NCBI RefSeq assembly: GCF_006345805.1
Contig: NC_042999.1
Span: forward strand, 169,322,001-169,386,000
Length of the DNA: 64,000 nucleotides
Reading direction: 5' to 3'
Source of the DNA: Octopus sinensis
Taxonomy: Eukaryota
Shown: positions 40,304-53,690 of the stretch, in pieces
Numbering within the stretch: the first letter of the stretch is position 1
Layout: each line of letters starts with the position of its first letter
The notes under the pieces: model-generated
Database searches by the model: none
What the model was told of the DNA's origin: nothing
Seen by the model: only the letters and a program-made list of their open reading frames with translations
Translations under genes and position numbers: made by a program

Positions 40304-40693
40304 CTAGCAGTATCGCCCGGCGTTGCTCGGGTTTGTAAGGGAAATAACTATATAAGCATTTTTAGAGATGTAAAATATAATAGCCATCTCAATATGGCTA
40401 ACCACAAAGGGGGGTGATGTTACTGTTGTTTTTTACGTTCTGAGATTTAATAATACATTTTTAGAGAGTTACTTCCCTTATATAATAGCAAAACAATGCA
40501 TTAAAAATGGGAAAAAATGATGGTAAATTTTTTTTTAAATCGTAGACTCATCGTAGACACGCGTAGAAGGGCTCAATATGAATCACGACTATAAGATACC
40601 CGCTTTTGGTTACACTGCACTGCAAAATGTGGGAGTAGTTAGGAATCTAAATCGTAGGAGACAGACACACAACTTCACTTTTATATATAAAGA
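40304..40693 (-). mobile_element. Non-autonomous Helitron
   Basis: Minus strand starts TC(tttatatataaaag), ends with hairpin cccgagcaacgccggg then CTAG; inserted between A and T with no TSD. Confidence 0.85.
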
Positions 40694-40759
40694 TGTGGTC
40701 TTGTTGTATTCATTGTATCCTTATCATGTTTCCTTGTCAAATTTCTAAATTATCATCTT

Positions 40760-43269
40760 CATCATCATCGCTTAACATTTGCCTTCCATGCTGGCATGGA
40801 TTGGACAGGTTAACAGGTGCTGGTCAGGAAGGAATCTGCACCAGACTTCTGTGTCTGTTTAGGCAGAGTTTCTACTGCTGGATGCCCTTCCTAATACCAA
40901 CCACCCAGCAGAGTGGACAGAGTGCTTTTTATGTGGCACAAGCACAGGTGAGGTCATTTTTGGCATGGTTTTTACAGCTGGATGCTCTTCCAATTGCCAA
41001 ACACTTTACAGTGTGGACTGGATGATTTTTGCATGGCACCAACACTGGCAGAGTCACCAAGTAACTTGCAAGACAAAGGTCCTTTGAGAGGAGAGGGAGA
41101 ATTGGAGGAGGTGATCTTGTGTTGCATGATGAAAGGTTCAAGTGTGACAGAAAGACAAAGAGGCAGCAATGGTTACCTGACTAGAGAGAGAGAGAGAGTG
41201 ACCATGAATGAGGATAGAAACAGGTGTGCTGCTATAAAGGAGATATATGGCTATCCAGCCTGAGGGAATATCAAGAGAGAGAGAGAGAGTGGGAAACCGT
41301 AAGAGTGCAAGAGAGAGATGGTCGTGAAGTGCTGGGATATACTAACTGGAACAGGGATCAGAATATAAATGGGATGATAAAGGAATAGAGAGATAGATGG
41401 TGGTGAGTGCCAGGGCATACCCTCAAGGCATGGAAACCATAATATAGGTGACAGGGTATTGCCAAAGAAGCATAAGGGCCAAGAGTAGTGCAATGACGGG
41501 TGAAAATCTGGGTATATAGAGGGGTTGGGGGACTACAGGATAGCAATGATACAGTGTACAGGGCTTTGAGGGCAGGATTGGTGGGTGAAAGACAAGTTTA
41601 GTGCATGAAAGAGGAAATGTGAGGAAGAGAAGAGATGTAGTTTGGTTTGTTGGGATAGGCTGTGTGGAGAGGTTTATTGCTACATGTGAGTGAAGCACAC
41701 AGCACTTTTAGAACTCAGTTTTGCTGGTGTGGGTCTTCTCAAGAACCTCATATCGCCAGACATCTCAGTCCATCATTATTTCCTCTGTGAGGCGCAACAA
41801 CTGAGATTGCTCCTCACCACTTCATCTCATGTTTTCCTGAGTCTCCCTCTTCCACAGACACCATCCACTTTCAGTGATTGGCACTTCTTTATACAACTGT
41901 CTTCATTCATATGTGTCATATGTCCAAATCAATGTAGTCTTCTCTCTTGCGTGCTGCATTTGATTCCTCTTCTGCCCAACTTTTCTCTCAACACATTTAC
42001 ACTTTGTTGTATATGCACACTGATGTTGCACATCCAACAGAGCACACTGCATTCATTTCTCTCCAGTCTATGCATGCCGTCTGCATTCAGGACCCATGTC
42101 TCACTACCATTTCTACACAGGCATCATACCATCTACATTTCACTCTGAGAGAGAGTCCTTTTGTTCCCAACTCAGGTAATAGCTCTCTAAACTCCCTCCA
42201 TCCTATTCTTATTCAGGAAACAATACTTTCAAAACATCCTCCACCATTGCTAATTTGGCCACCTAGGTAAGTGAAACTATCTACAACCTCAAGAGAACCT
42301 CCTGGGCATTTGAGAGAGTCTAAGTCCTGTGTGTCCTTAGTGCTTATTGTTCCTGCTGCACATCTGCCACATATAAAGACGACTTTATTTATTAATCTAC
42401 CTGTGATTCCATTACACCTCTTATGTGTCTATAGCTTATACTGGGTGCAGCAAATAGAATTATCTCTGAGTCCTTCCATATTGAGAACGGAAAGAGAGTG
42501 TTATCTTCTTTCTTGCTAACAACTTTAGTCTTTGCTAGATTAACTTTAGGGCCCTTTGATTCCTGGTTTTGCTTCCGCACATGGAATTTCTTCTCCAATT
42601 CTGCTTCAGATTCTGCAATAAGACCAAGGTCGTCAGCATATTGTAGTTCCCATTGGCATCCAGTTCTGAATTCCTATGTTCTGACCTGGAGTATTATGAT
42701 GAATAAGAGTGGGCTGAGAACCCCTACTTGTATACTAAAACTAAATTCATCACTGTATTCATGGCTGACTCTCACCTTACTGACAGCACCACTGAACATA
42801 GCTTGTACAGCTCTAACAAGCCACTCCTCCACTCCTAACTTCTTTTGAGACCACCAGATAACAGAGTGGAGGTCTCTATTAAAAGCTTTCTCCAGGTCAA
42901 CAGAAGCTAAGTACAATGGCTTACTTTTGACCAAATACTTTTCCTGCAGCTGTCTCACTAGGAAGATGGCGTTTGTGGTACTATTCTTTCTGGGTACCAA
43001 ACCAAACTCCATCTCATCAAGTTTAATTCTATTCCTAATCAATTAAGCTATAACTCTCTTTACTCTTTTACTTGTTTCAGTCATTTGACTGCGGCCATGC
43101 TGGAGCACCGCCTTTAGTTGAGCAAATCGACCCCGGGACTTATTCTTTGTAAGCCCAGTACTTATTCTATCAGTCTCTTTTGCCGAACCGCTAAGTGACG
43201 GGGACGTAAACACACCAGCATCGGTTGTCAAGCAATGCTAGGGGGACAAACACAGACACACAAACACAT

Positions 43270-43305
<36 letters not shown>

Positions 43306-43935
43306 CTATATGACAGGCTTCTTTCAGTTTCTGTCTACCAAATCCACTCACAAGGCTTTGGTCGGCCCGGGGCTATAGCAGAAGACACTTGCCCAAGATG
43401 CCACGCAGTGGGACTGAACCCGGAACCATGTGGTTGGTTAGCAAGCTACTTACCACGCAGCCACTCCTGCGCCACTCTCTTTGTAATTTTTGTGATGTGA
43501 TCCAGCAGCTTGATACCTCTGTAGTTGTTTTTATCTAAGACATCACCTTGACCCTTGTAGCAGCTAACTATAATACTACTACATCAGTCATTGGGGAATA
43601 ACCTGATACAGGTGACTAGGCTGTATCCTGCACCACTGGGTATTTTAATCATCTCAAAGTGATTCCTGATGACCCAGGGGCTTTTCCTGTCTTCATATCC
43701 TTAATTGCCTCATCTATTATACTGTTATCAACTTTGATGGCTGGTCCCTCAATCAGTTTGATATTTGAAAGACTCTCCTTTTCCCATTCACTTTCCACAT
43801 TCAGTAACCTTTCATAATGACACTTCCATAAGTCACTGAGTGGAAGCATACCATTATCCATTCACACACATTTCTCACCCACCACATCTCTATTCTCTGA
43901 TACACTAGTTTGCAATCCTGAACACCTGAGCAATT
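40760..43935 (-). mobile_element. 5'-truncated RTE LINE with complete 3'UTR, interrupted by a SINE
   Basis: EMEFGLVP, VRQLQEKYL...DLEKAF, QVGVLSPLLF, YADDL; WKCHYERLLNVE; (GAT)n tail at ~40760. Confidence 0.92.
43062..43473 (-). mobile_element. SINE family A, young full-length copy with 9-bp TSD
   Basis: ACTCTCTTT at 43053-43061 and 43474-43482; RTE sequence resumes on both sides. Confidence 0.92.
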
Positions 43936-44217
43936 CTGAATAATATAAATTCCTTTAGGGTTTAATTATTGGCTCAACTGCTTAAGTTGTTTACAAATGT
44001 TTTTATGAATAAAATCTATGAGCCAAACCTCATAAGAGATATGAGTTCCTTTCCAGATATTTTGATACTTTTTTAAGAGAGGAAGTTATAATTGTCTTAG
44101 ATTATTGTAATTTATTAATGTTTTCAGACAGTTTTTCTAAATCAGTGACTGTGGTTGCTGTGAAAAACGTTAAATATTATTTGCAGAAGGTCTCCTTCAT
44201 CGAAAACCGGTGTTTAC

Positions 44218-44262
44218 CATGCGTTGACGAGAGGCAATTACCTTGAAACTATAGTCCGTATG
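44218..44262 (+). ncRNA. Minimal type-I hammerhead ribozyme (C3U variant) at the tip of a ~130-nt hairpin (44177-44307)
   Basis: Stem I CATGCG/CGTATG, core TTGACGA, stem II GAGG-caatta-CCTT, GAAA, palindromic stem III ACTATAGT, GUC cleavage triplet at 44254-44256. Confidence 0.75.
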
Positions 44263-44399
44263 TAGCACTTAGGTTTTCGAGGGAGGATGACCTCCCTTTG
44301 CAAATAACACAAGGGCACTGAAATGTTGTGTCTAAAGTCCATCTGGTGACGTTGATTGCCTGGGGCTAAAAGCAATATATTATTACTATACATCTAATA

Positions 44400-44975
44400 A
44401 GCTGATCTCTCAACTGACAATTTGGAAGCTCTCAATGCAATAAAGTTTTGTGTTAAACTGTGCAAAAATGCTGCAGAAACTTATGAAATGAGCCAAACAT
44501 CAGTTTTTCATCAGTACAAGAGGCCATGCAAAGCAAGGTCCATCAGGGAACTCGTGTTACTTCCTTTTTTTCCACAGCAAGGCCATCATCTACATCCACT
44601 GAGTTCCCTCTGGCCAGGTGGTCAACAAAGAGTACTTTGAGGAGGATTTGAGGGAGTTCTGAAAGAGATTTTATTGTAAAAGCCCAGAGAACCTGCAACA
44701 GGGCAATGCACCAGTCAACAGTTCAATCCTGATAACTAACCACTTGACAGAGATGGGCACCGAAACTGTCCATCACCTTCCCTCCAGACCTTGCTCCCTA
44801 TGACTTTTAGTTCCTCCTAAGGATGAGGAGGCTATGACAAGGGTCCTGGACACCTTTGCTTTGGAGGACTTCCATCAGTCCTTCACACGGTGGCTGCAGC
44901 ATCACAAGTGCACTGAAGTTAGAGGATACTACTTTGAAGGAGATCAGAGTTTCAAAACTTCTGGAATATACTTTA
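44400..44975 (+). mobile_element. Internally deleted mariner remnant
   Basis: AIKFCVKL.KNAAETYEM, SPDLAPYDF-like motif, ...W..KC..V.GYYFEGD. Confidence 0.75.
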
Positions 44976-46308
44976 TAAATCTTAGACATTTTGATTTTAG
45001 TCCTTGCTATTGTGTTAGATTTTCTTTTTGTGATTTTTTTCTGTGTGGTGTCAGGAATAAATTAATTGCCTTTTAAACTTCTTCTCTCAACTTGTTCTTG
45101 TGATGAAAAGTTGGTCATCACTTTACTGTTTCTGGAAAACTAGGATAATAATAATAATGTATTAGAATGTATTAGTTGACAAACCAGTTTTTTGTGTAGT
45201 CTATGAATAGATTTAGTGTTGCTGTTATTCAGCCAAAGGTCAGCTCTGATTGAGGGAACCCATAAATTGTTAGTGTTATTGATGTTTGTTTTCTGTTTCA
45301 TAAGTAATCAAATAGATTCTCAGAAAAACTTGGTATATGCACACCAAGATAATCTCAGCTTGAGATTAGTTGCAAGAATTTTTTATATATTATACTGGCT
45401 GCACCCAGCAGAGCCTGATTCCTAACTATTTGCATTCTTAAAGATTAGCAATCTCTGGATATTTTTTCAAGCTGTTACTTTAATCTTCATTCAGTATTAG
45501 ACCATCATTATAAGTTCCTTACTGAAAGAAGAAGAATGAAAAAGGAAATGAGGAAAGTTTCTAACAATGCAGAGAGGAAAGTTGAAAAATCTTTATATAT
45601 TTCAGGCAAAAAAGCCCATCTTCAGAAGGATTCGGTTAAAAAAAATGAGTCTATGTAGATCCTGCTATTTTGGATAGGCAAATGGGCAATGGTTCTGTTT
45701 AGTCCAGTGAATGTGATAGTAGTAGCAATTCCCCAAATGATGATGCTGTTGGTGCTGTAGAGGTCATGGGGCAGGGGTCTCACTGTACATTGGCAGCAGT
45801 GGTGGTGAAGGTGATTGTCTACATTAATGTTAAAGATGGTGATAAATGCTGTAGTCGGTGACAAGATGGTAACTGGTAACAACGGCAATCCCTGTTGTGG
45901 CAGGCTGTGGAGGGGGTGATGAACATGGTGTTGGTAGGCAACAGTACCAACCGCTGTCACAGTGGTGATTATGTTGGTCATAGCAGTGGCGATGTCAGGA
46001 ACAATTGGTAATTTATTAAGAGCCACTGGCCCAACTCCAATCAATGGTTGATCATCAGGTTAAGCCCATGGATCAGCAAGGATTCTTTGATAATGGAGAT
46101 TTCCTATAGTCATCTCTTTGGCGGTGTTGCTGCATTTAAGCTTGTGTTTGCAGAAGGAAGACATATTTTTAGTCAGGTGTTCTTTCAGTTGGATGTGGAA
46201 CAGTCAGACGGTAATACCGATATAGCAGTTGCCACATTTTGAACACTATACCTGGTATGGTGGTCGCTACATTCGGACCACTGTATCTGGTACAGTATTT
46301 CACATGTG

Positions 46309-46695
46309 TGGAGGCGCAATGGCCCAGTGGTTAGGGCAGCGGACTCACGGTCATAGGATCACGGTTTCGATTCCCAGACCGGGCGTTGTGAGTGTTTATT
46401 GAGCGAAAACACCTAAAGCTCCACGAGGCTCCGGCAGGGGATGGTGGTGATCCCTGCTGTACTCTTTTACCACAACTTTCTCTCACTCTTACTTCCTGTT
46501 TCTGTTGTACCTGTATTTCAAAGGGCCGGCCTTGTCACTCTCTGTGTCATGCTGAATATCCCCGAGAACTACGTTAAGGGTATACGTGTCTGTGGAGTGC
46601 TCAGCCACTTACAGGTTAATTTCACGAGCAGGCTGTTCCGTTGATTCGGATCAACCGGAACCCTCGTCGTCGTAACCGACGGAGTGCTTCCATCC
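46309..46695 (+). mobile_element. Young full-length tRNA-derived SINE family B with 12-bp TSD
   Basis: A box TGGCCCAGTGG, B box GGTTTCGATTCC; ATTTCACATGTG at 46297-46308 and 46696-46707; isolated head copy at ~33410-33460 (-). Confidence 0.92.
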
Positions 46696-46959
46696 ATTTC
46701 ACATGTGATGGCTACAATAGTGTGATTCAATCAACTTGAGGGTCAATAGTCAATCAGGGTTGGGTTGGTGCCTCCTATGTATTTCCATTTGTCTCCGTAA
46801 TTGCTGCTGCTATGATGAACATCATCATCACTTCAACAGTGATTGTCACTGTTAGTTACCAGCATCATATTTGCTGCCACCACCTTGTCACTGACTACCA
46901 GAAGGACATGTACCCCAAACTATTACCACAGCGTTTACCACCATTGCTAACAACACATA

Positions 46960-47365
46960 GGTGCAGGAGTGGCTGTGTGGTAAGTAGCTTGCTAACCAAC
47001 CACATGGTTCCGGGTTCAGTCCCACTGCGTGGCATCTTGGGCAAGTGTCTTCTGCTATAGCCTCGGGCCGACCAATGCCTTGTGAGTGGATTTGGTAGAC
47101 GGAAACTGAAAGAAGCCCGTCGTATTTATGTATATATATATATATATGTGCATGTGTGTTTGTGTGTCTGTGTTTGTCTCCCTAGCATTGCTTGACAACC
47201 GATGCTGGTGTGTTTATGTCCCCGTCACTTAGCGGTTCGGCAAATGACACCGATAGAATAAGTACTGGGCTTACAAAAGAATATGTCCCGGGGTAGAGTT
47301 GCTCGATTAAAGGCGGTGCTCCAGCATGGCCGCAGTCAACTGACTGAAACAAGTAAAAGAGTAAC
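46960..47365 (+). mobile_element. SINE family A, young full-length copy
   Basis: Near-identical to 4565-4960. Confidence 0.9.
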
Positions 47366-47999
47366 ACTAATGTAAACAATCACTTTCACTACCACTACTG
47401 CCATCCACCACTGTCCCCAATGTGATTTCTAGGGTACCAACAATACCATCTTTTGGGGAACTGCTGATGTTAACCACACTCACTGGACTAAACAGAGTCA
47501 TTGCCTGTTCATCTATCCAAATGTCAGGAACTACAAAGACTCAAATTTCTTAACCGTAACTGATAAGCTTTTTTGTGCCTGAAATATATGGAGATTTTTT
47601 TTCTGCTTTCTCCTCTGCATTGTTAGAAGCTTCCTTATTTCATTCGTTTTCTTTGTTTATTGTAAAGCTTCAAGTGAACTATAATGCTTTTTTTAACTTA
47701 AAATAGTTTTTCCATTCCTTTATATTCTGACTTCAGATATAACTTTTTGTTCCCCAGTTTGTTAAACTGCCCTCGCAATTCATGGTTTTGTGCCTCTTTC
47801 TCATCAGCAGAAAGGTGTTATACTGGATTAAACAAATTCCTTGTGTTATTTAGAAACATTTAACATTTTGAGCTCATGTTTCATTGAAGTCAATTTTGTT
47901 TCCATTCTTCTTGGTTATATACTAGAATCCTGTCAATCATTCCCTCCCACCAAAACCTTTCTGATCCTGTTTCAGTAATAGGAAAGACATGAAACTGAT

Positions 48000-49090
48000 G
48001 GACTGAACTATGAAGCTTACAGAAAGAGTTATCGTACATGTAATTGAGAAGGAAATTAACTTAGCTAAGATGCAGTTTATCTGTGTCAAGATCAGGCACC
48101 TTCAATACTCTCTTGCTGATGAGGCAACTGTAAAAGATGTTTAACCAAGAGCAAACCTCTGTACTAAACATTTGTGTATTTGGAGATCTTCAACAGAGTT
48201 CTCTGCTCTGTGTTTAGTCATCGTTAAGAAAACTAGGTGTAGACAAATGACTTGTGAGAGTTAGCAGTAAGGAATTTGGAGCACAGGTAGCTGTCCATCA
48301 GGAATCTGTTCTGAATTCCCTATTATCTATTGTAGTCCTCTTGGCCATTCTAAAAGAGTTCAAATTTAGCTGCCCATGAGAACAACCTTGTTCATCAAAG
48401 GCTTATAGAAAAGTTTCTAACATAGAATCAGAGCTTAGAATCAAGAGATCTTTGCCAGATTTATGTTTAACATAAATGTGGCAAAGACTAAAATTTTAGT
48501 TAGTAAAAAAGAATACAAAACTTCAAAACTCTACAAGAGAAGTTGCTCAGTGTGCAGAAATGTTGCAGGCAAGAATTCAACACTGTATATCCAATGTAAA
48601 CTATACCAGGCATACAAGGGATGCTGTGGGGTCTTTGTGTGTAGCAGTTGACCGAAAGTTATTAGCAGGAACTTCTATGAAATATACTTTTCCAAATGCC
48701 TGTAATGCTCCCTGGGAGTAGCCAATGGCTTCTAGGTGACCTAATTAGTAGTGAAGGTAAGTTCCAAAAACTTTGTTACTCTGCATGTTAAAAAAAATTG
48801 TATTTGATTGAAGAGCAGACTTAATGATCTTGTTTATGAAATATGATATTGCAGCATGATAGCAAAACCTGGGCCTTGCATGTCAGGGATGTGCAAAAAC
48901 TGGAAAGAAATGAAGCAAGAGAAAAACTGGGCATAGTGTGCAAAACAGCTTTAGTGTGCAAGAAGAAACTTGTACTAATACAAACATAGGATGCTTAAGA
49001 AGGATAGTTGTGTAGAGAGGTGCTAAGCAACCAAAGTGGAAGGAACTTGCTAAAAAGGAAGACAGACAAAGGAAGAAGTGATGAAGAGTG
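48000..49090 (+). mobile_element. Very old RTE remnant
   Basis: NVAKTKILVSKK, CSVCRNVAGKNSTLYIQCKL, and a TWAL...KLERNEA-like motif. Confidence 0.65.
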
Positions 49091-49639
49091 AATCTTAGAA
49101 AGAAAATGACAAAGGACCCAACAAATCTGCAAAATCTTGCTGAAGAAATCCTATCCAACAGAAAGAAAAACAGGCAAAATGATGAGAATCTACATATCAG
49201 TCGATGAAAAATTTCATCCAAGAATCAGTTAAATACCAGCAATATACTGCAACTGACACAGTTCCCATCTTCTTTGCAAAAGCCATCATCTCTAGACTTA
49301 GTGAGACTTCAGCATTTGCTGTGTAATTTCAAATTGAAATCATTTGCTAAGTAGAAGTAGTGATGACATAAGAAAGAACAGTCTTTTGACAAGTTAGCTT
49401 ACACAGGTCTTGTGAAATGAAACAGTTTGAAAATTGTTTGGATAATTATGTTACTTTATATTTTTTTGTGGTGCTAATTCAAAATATCAAAAGAGCTCTT
49501 TCCCATAACCTAAGGTTTTCTCACACTTTAAAATACACCATCATTTGTAGGCAAAAACCACACATGGTAGGACAAAATGAAATAAATAAAATTGAATTTG
49601 GTACTTTCTTTAGCAAAATGAAATGGCACAAATGCAAGT

Positions 49640-50760
49640 TAATGGTGAGAAAATAGATTTTTGCCAAGGTTCCATTCATTTTTTTGCATTCAGCACCTCA
49701 AAATCTCTATTTTTCATTTGAAAATTACATCTGGAACTCTTTTACTTATGAGCATTTGATGGGCATTCACGATGCATCATCCAGCAGTTGTTGGCCATCA
49801 TATTGACATTCCTTCTTCCCTGATATCTTTCCATCTCTATGCCTTGATGAAACCTTATCCCCTGTTCCTCTTTCACATCTCCCAGATTTTCCAGAAAGAA
49901 AACCAAATGGGTATGTAGGAAATGAAATTCAATGCTAATTTTACAGCCTAAAACCCAGAAATTTTCCAGTATTCTTCCCACTATGTCTTTGTAATTTGGT
50001 TCCTTGCGAAGTTCTTCATCATATCTTTAAACTAATCCCTGCGTCTTTTTCAGAATCACTAGGAGAGTTTCAGAATTTTCATCCTTGACAAATTTCCTTA
50101 TATTTCGTCCTATATATACACCCTCTTCAACCTTGGATAGAGCAGGAAAGTTGTTACACAAATATATGAAGCCCTTTCCATCCTGTGGCAAAGCTTTTAC
50201 AAATTGCTTCGGTTTTTTTGGGGTTTTTTTTGACCAATGGCAGTTCTTGATGTTATTGTGCCATTCACACAAGAATCAAGAAAACTCTGTGTAGCCTGAT
50301 TGTTGTCCAAGCAACATGCAATATTATTTTCAAGTTGCTGCAAATCTTCTTCATGTTATGATCTTTGAATTTAATCTTGTGTAAGAGTGACACCAAATTT
50401 TCATGTTTCCTTCATGATTACTGCATCATCATTGTTATTTATGCCATGTAACTCAGAACTCAAGTTATGTTTTCAAGGTTTCCTGGTGGTGAAGGATTTA
50501 GAATGTCTGGTCCATGGACAACAGATCGTGATGCAGATGAGAGATGTGAATAAGCAATGTTTTTCCCACTCTTTGAATTGTGTTCCTAACCTTACATGAG
50601 CAAAAGTAGCAGTCATAACCAATTTTTAGGCTTTCTCCATATCATTGGACCACCAAAATGAAAAGACTTCTTGGTACATAAAGATATTAACACATCTTTA
50701 GGAATAAAAACCTTTAATATTTTTATCTACACTGCGTTTTCATTTGAATTGATCCACAAT
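49640..50760 (-). mobile_element. Degenerate DNA-transposon transposase (superfamily assignment uncertain)
   Basis: HFLHTHL.FF.ENLGDVKEEQG.RFHQ.I.MERYQGR.NVNMMA..CW, a motif typical of a widespread animal DNA-transposase family. Confidence 0.75.
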
Positions 50761-51719
50761 CATGATGTGAACATGTAAATATGGTAAAATTGGTTGTCTC
50801 AAAAATTATAGTAAATTACTTAAAAAATTATAATTGTATTAAAATCTTATTGAACAGTTTAGATTTCTAAAAATTTTACTTTTATTGTATTGCCATTGAT
50901 TGTCTTCACATTTTTTAAAAATTAAAACTTTTGCTTGGCTAAATTAGATTTTTTTGTTTAAATATGTTAAGTATGTTTGCAAAGATATGAAGTGTTTGTT
51001 CATTTGTTCCTTCGTTAACAATGCTGTATCTTTCTTTGCCTTCATTACTACCTTTTATTCATAATGACATAAGTTGATGTAATTTCTCTATCTTTGCACT
51101 CATTCTGTCATATGAGCAATATTCTTTCAGCTTTGGTCTGACCAATCTGAAAAGTTGGTTAATAAACTACAACTATATTATTTCTTTTAATTGACCTAGT
51201 ACACGTACTCAGTTCTGATCATACCAAAGGTAATTTAACAGACTCTGCCTTTTACTTTCCATAGATGATAGAATTCCTTCTGAGTGTTACTATATTTTAT
51301 ATGCTCTACTATTGGACTCAGCTAAATATATTACAGTTGACACTGTATTGTATAATATTACTAACACTGGTCAGTATATCACAACTGACACTATACAGTA
51401 TGTTATTACTGAATGACATGTACTGTGTATCATTACTGACACCATACTATATATTACCACTGTATTGTATGTCACCACTAAAGGAGAATTATTCGACTGT
51501 TCATATAAATGTGTGGCCTTACTTTCTGCTAATATTAGTTGTCATCACCACTGTTGTGATTGTTAAGCAAATGAAAAGGTAACTGCAAGAAAATTCTATA
51601 ACATAATTTCAGTTCCTAATTGAAACTATTTTACTTCATTTCAGTTGCTAATGCCCTTGGAAATGGTATGGATGTTGTCTCTCGAAAGAATAAGGGCTGC
51701 ATAGTAGTAGTCACTATTG

Positions 51720-52100
51720 TTAAAGGGATGAGCTGGTATAATCGTCAAACAATATGCTTAGCTGCATTTCTTCCAGCCCTTTTGTTCTGAGTTCAAATTC
51801 CACCAATGTTGACTTTACCTCTTATCCATTCAGAGTCAATATAATAAGTACCAGTCAAGCACTGGGGAGGGGCTTAATGTAATTGACTAACCCCCTCCCT
51901 TAAAAATTGCTGGTCTGGTGCCAAAATTTGAAACTATTATGATTAGACTAGCAAGGTGGCAAAATTATTAGCAGCAATTCATCTCATTCTTTACATTCTG
52001 CATTCAGATTGCACTAAAAGTACCAGTCAAATACTGGGATCAGTGTAAATGAGTTGTCTTCTCCCTTTAATATTGCTGGCCTTGTGCCCAAATTAGAAAG
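51720..52100 (+). mobile_element. Two CORE-type SINE copies
   Basis: gagttcaaattccacc..gttgactttacc...aataagtaccagtcaa...ggtgccaaaatttgaaac. Confidence 0.7.
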
Positions 52101-52199
52101 AATTATTAGTATGTTATGTTTTGATTTGGCTTTAATTTTATAGGAGTTGTACCTAAGTCGCAACTAGAGACATCAAGGGACAACAAGGTTTTGCATCCA

Positions 52200-53690
52200 A
52201 AGATGCTAAAAGGTTAGGCCCCATGCACTTGATAACACTGGTGTTTATGAGAGAGAAACAAAACAGAGTGTGTAAAGCTGCATTCACATAAAAAGGAATG
52301 TTGCATACATGAGGTACCCATAAGTATGGTCTTTAGTAATTTGCTTATTTTGGAGCCGTCAGGGATTTGGTCTATATACTTGTTTGCTCCTCTTGGTATC
52401 ATTCTAAGTGTCCCAATAATAATGATTGCTTTTATTTGCCACCAGGGCAAGGGATGAAGGGAACAATACAAAGACATATCAAGTGTGAGAATTAATAGGT
52501 TGTTTTGAGATGCCACACTATCCAATTTCAATTTCCAAGTCCTTATATTTGCTCAGTTTTGCAAACATTTTCTGAGATGTGTTTTTAACAGCTGGGACTG
52601 TAACATAAGTCAGAAGACAGTTCTTTTCAAGATGATTTTTCACAATGAGATCAAGTTCGATTACCTGTATTTCCCTATCAATCGAAACATTAAAATTGCT
52701 TTGGAATTCTGGGCAACTTGTAGTGGTTTCTGTACTCACCAATCGTTTTTGTGAGGGAGGTTGTATGTGCAGTGTACTGAACTGCTCTGTCATGCCTTTA
52801 CAAGTGTTCTGTTGGTGCCAGTCTGCTGCATCTGCAGATTATATGGTCAATTGTCTGTGGCTGCTCTCTGCACATGTGGCATGATGAGCTGCTTTCATAT
52901 TTCAGGACATTACTTAGGTAATTCCTATTTGGAAGGGGCTGTCCTGAGCAGCAATGTTATACCCCTCAGTTTCTAGTTTAAAACCAGAGCATGACAACCA
53001 CTGATGAGTAAGGGCTTGATCTACATTAGGGTTCCTGATCCTAGTTAGGTATTTATAATGCAGTAGTCTTTACTCCCATTTTTCCTTAATATAAGGTTGT
53101 CCCAAAAGTTCATAGAAAGTCTTGGAAAATAATGGTCTTTATTTTGAGGAATAATTTTTGTTGTTTTTGTTAGTACTTGGCAAGTAAAAATTCAATTTTT
53201 GCAAGTGTTTACGAACTTTTGGGACCACCTAATATATTGGAAGCTGGTTTGTTAGGCAAGATTTTTTTTATTTGTTTAGCCTTGTCAGTTGGGGATGCAT
53301 TTTTGTTAGGTCCTGCTTCATCCAGTTGCATATTTTTTTTTTTTTTTTTGAGGTATATTTTTGCAGTTTTCATCACCGAATGCAACTTTTGGGTATCTTC
53401 ATGTTTGAAAAACAGCTTTAACATCTTGTTTGCTTGATGTGGGTAAGCTGGAAAGTCCCATGGTTGCAATTTTCTATGAGAGTTGAGAGTTTATTAACCA
53501 CTGACCACCACCTTTTTTGGGGGAGAGGTATATGCAATCTGTGTCTGCTTTTCAATGATGCATGTGATGAACTGTTGTCAGCTTTCATAGTTTGACATCA
53601 AGTTTGCTGATCTCAGAGAAGGGTCAGTTCATAATATTGAAGTTGTGTGGGACTACAAGCATGGTAAATGTGTTGACAGCCTCAGTTTTG
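52200..53690 (-). mobile_element. 5'-truncated R4/Dong-like retrotransposon
   Basis: DLIVKNH..K.CLL..V.VPA..N...K...KLSKYKDLEIEI, IIIGTLRMIP, KHEDTQKLHSVMK..K; flanked by trinucleotide repeats at ~53710. Confidence 0.8.

Larger units (their letters stand above)
45495..47690. repeat. Old long inverted repeat (arms ~45495-46050 and ~46730-47690, right arm split by a SINE)
   Basis: ttctaacaatgcagagagga / tctcctctgcattgttagaa, gtttagtccagtga / tcactggactaaac, ttcaggcaaaaaag / ctttttgtgcctgaa. Confidence 0.8.

Noticed and set aside
45622-46044. 140-aa T/H-rich ORF
   Set aside because: Lies in one arm of a diverged inverted repeat and the frame is not kept in the other arm.
51654-51674. Splice-bounded 21-nt segment
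   Set aside because: The sequence (gctaatgcccttgg..aggtatg) looks like a SINE remnant.
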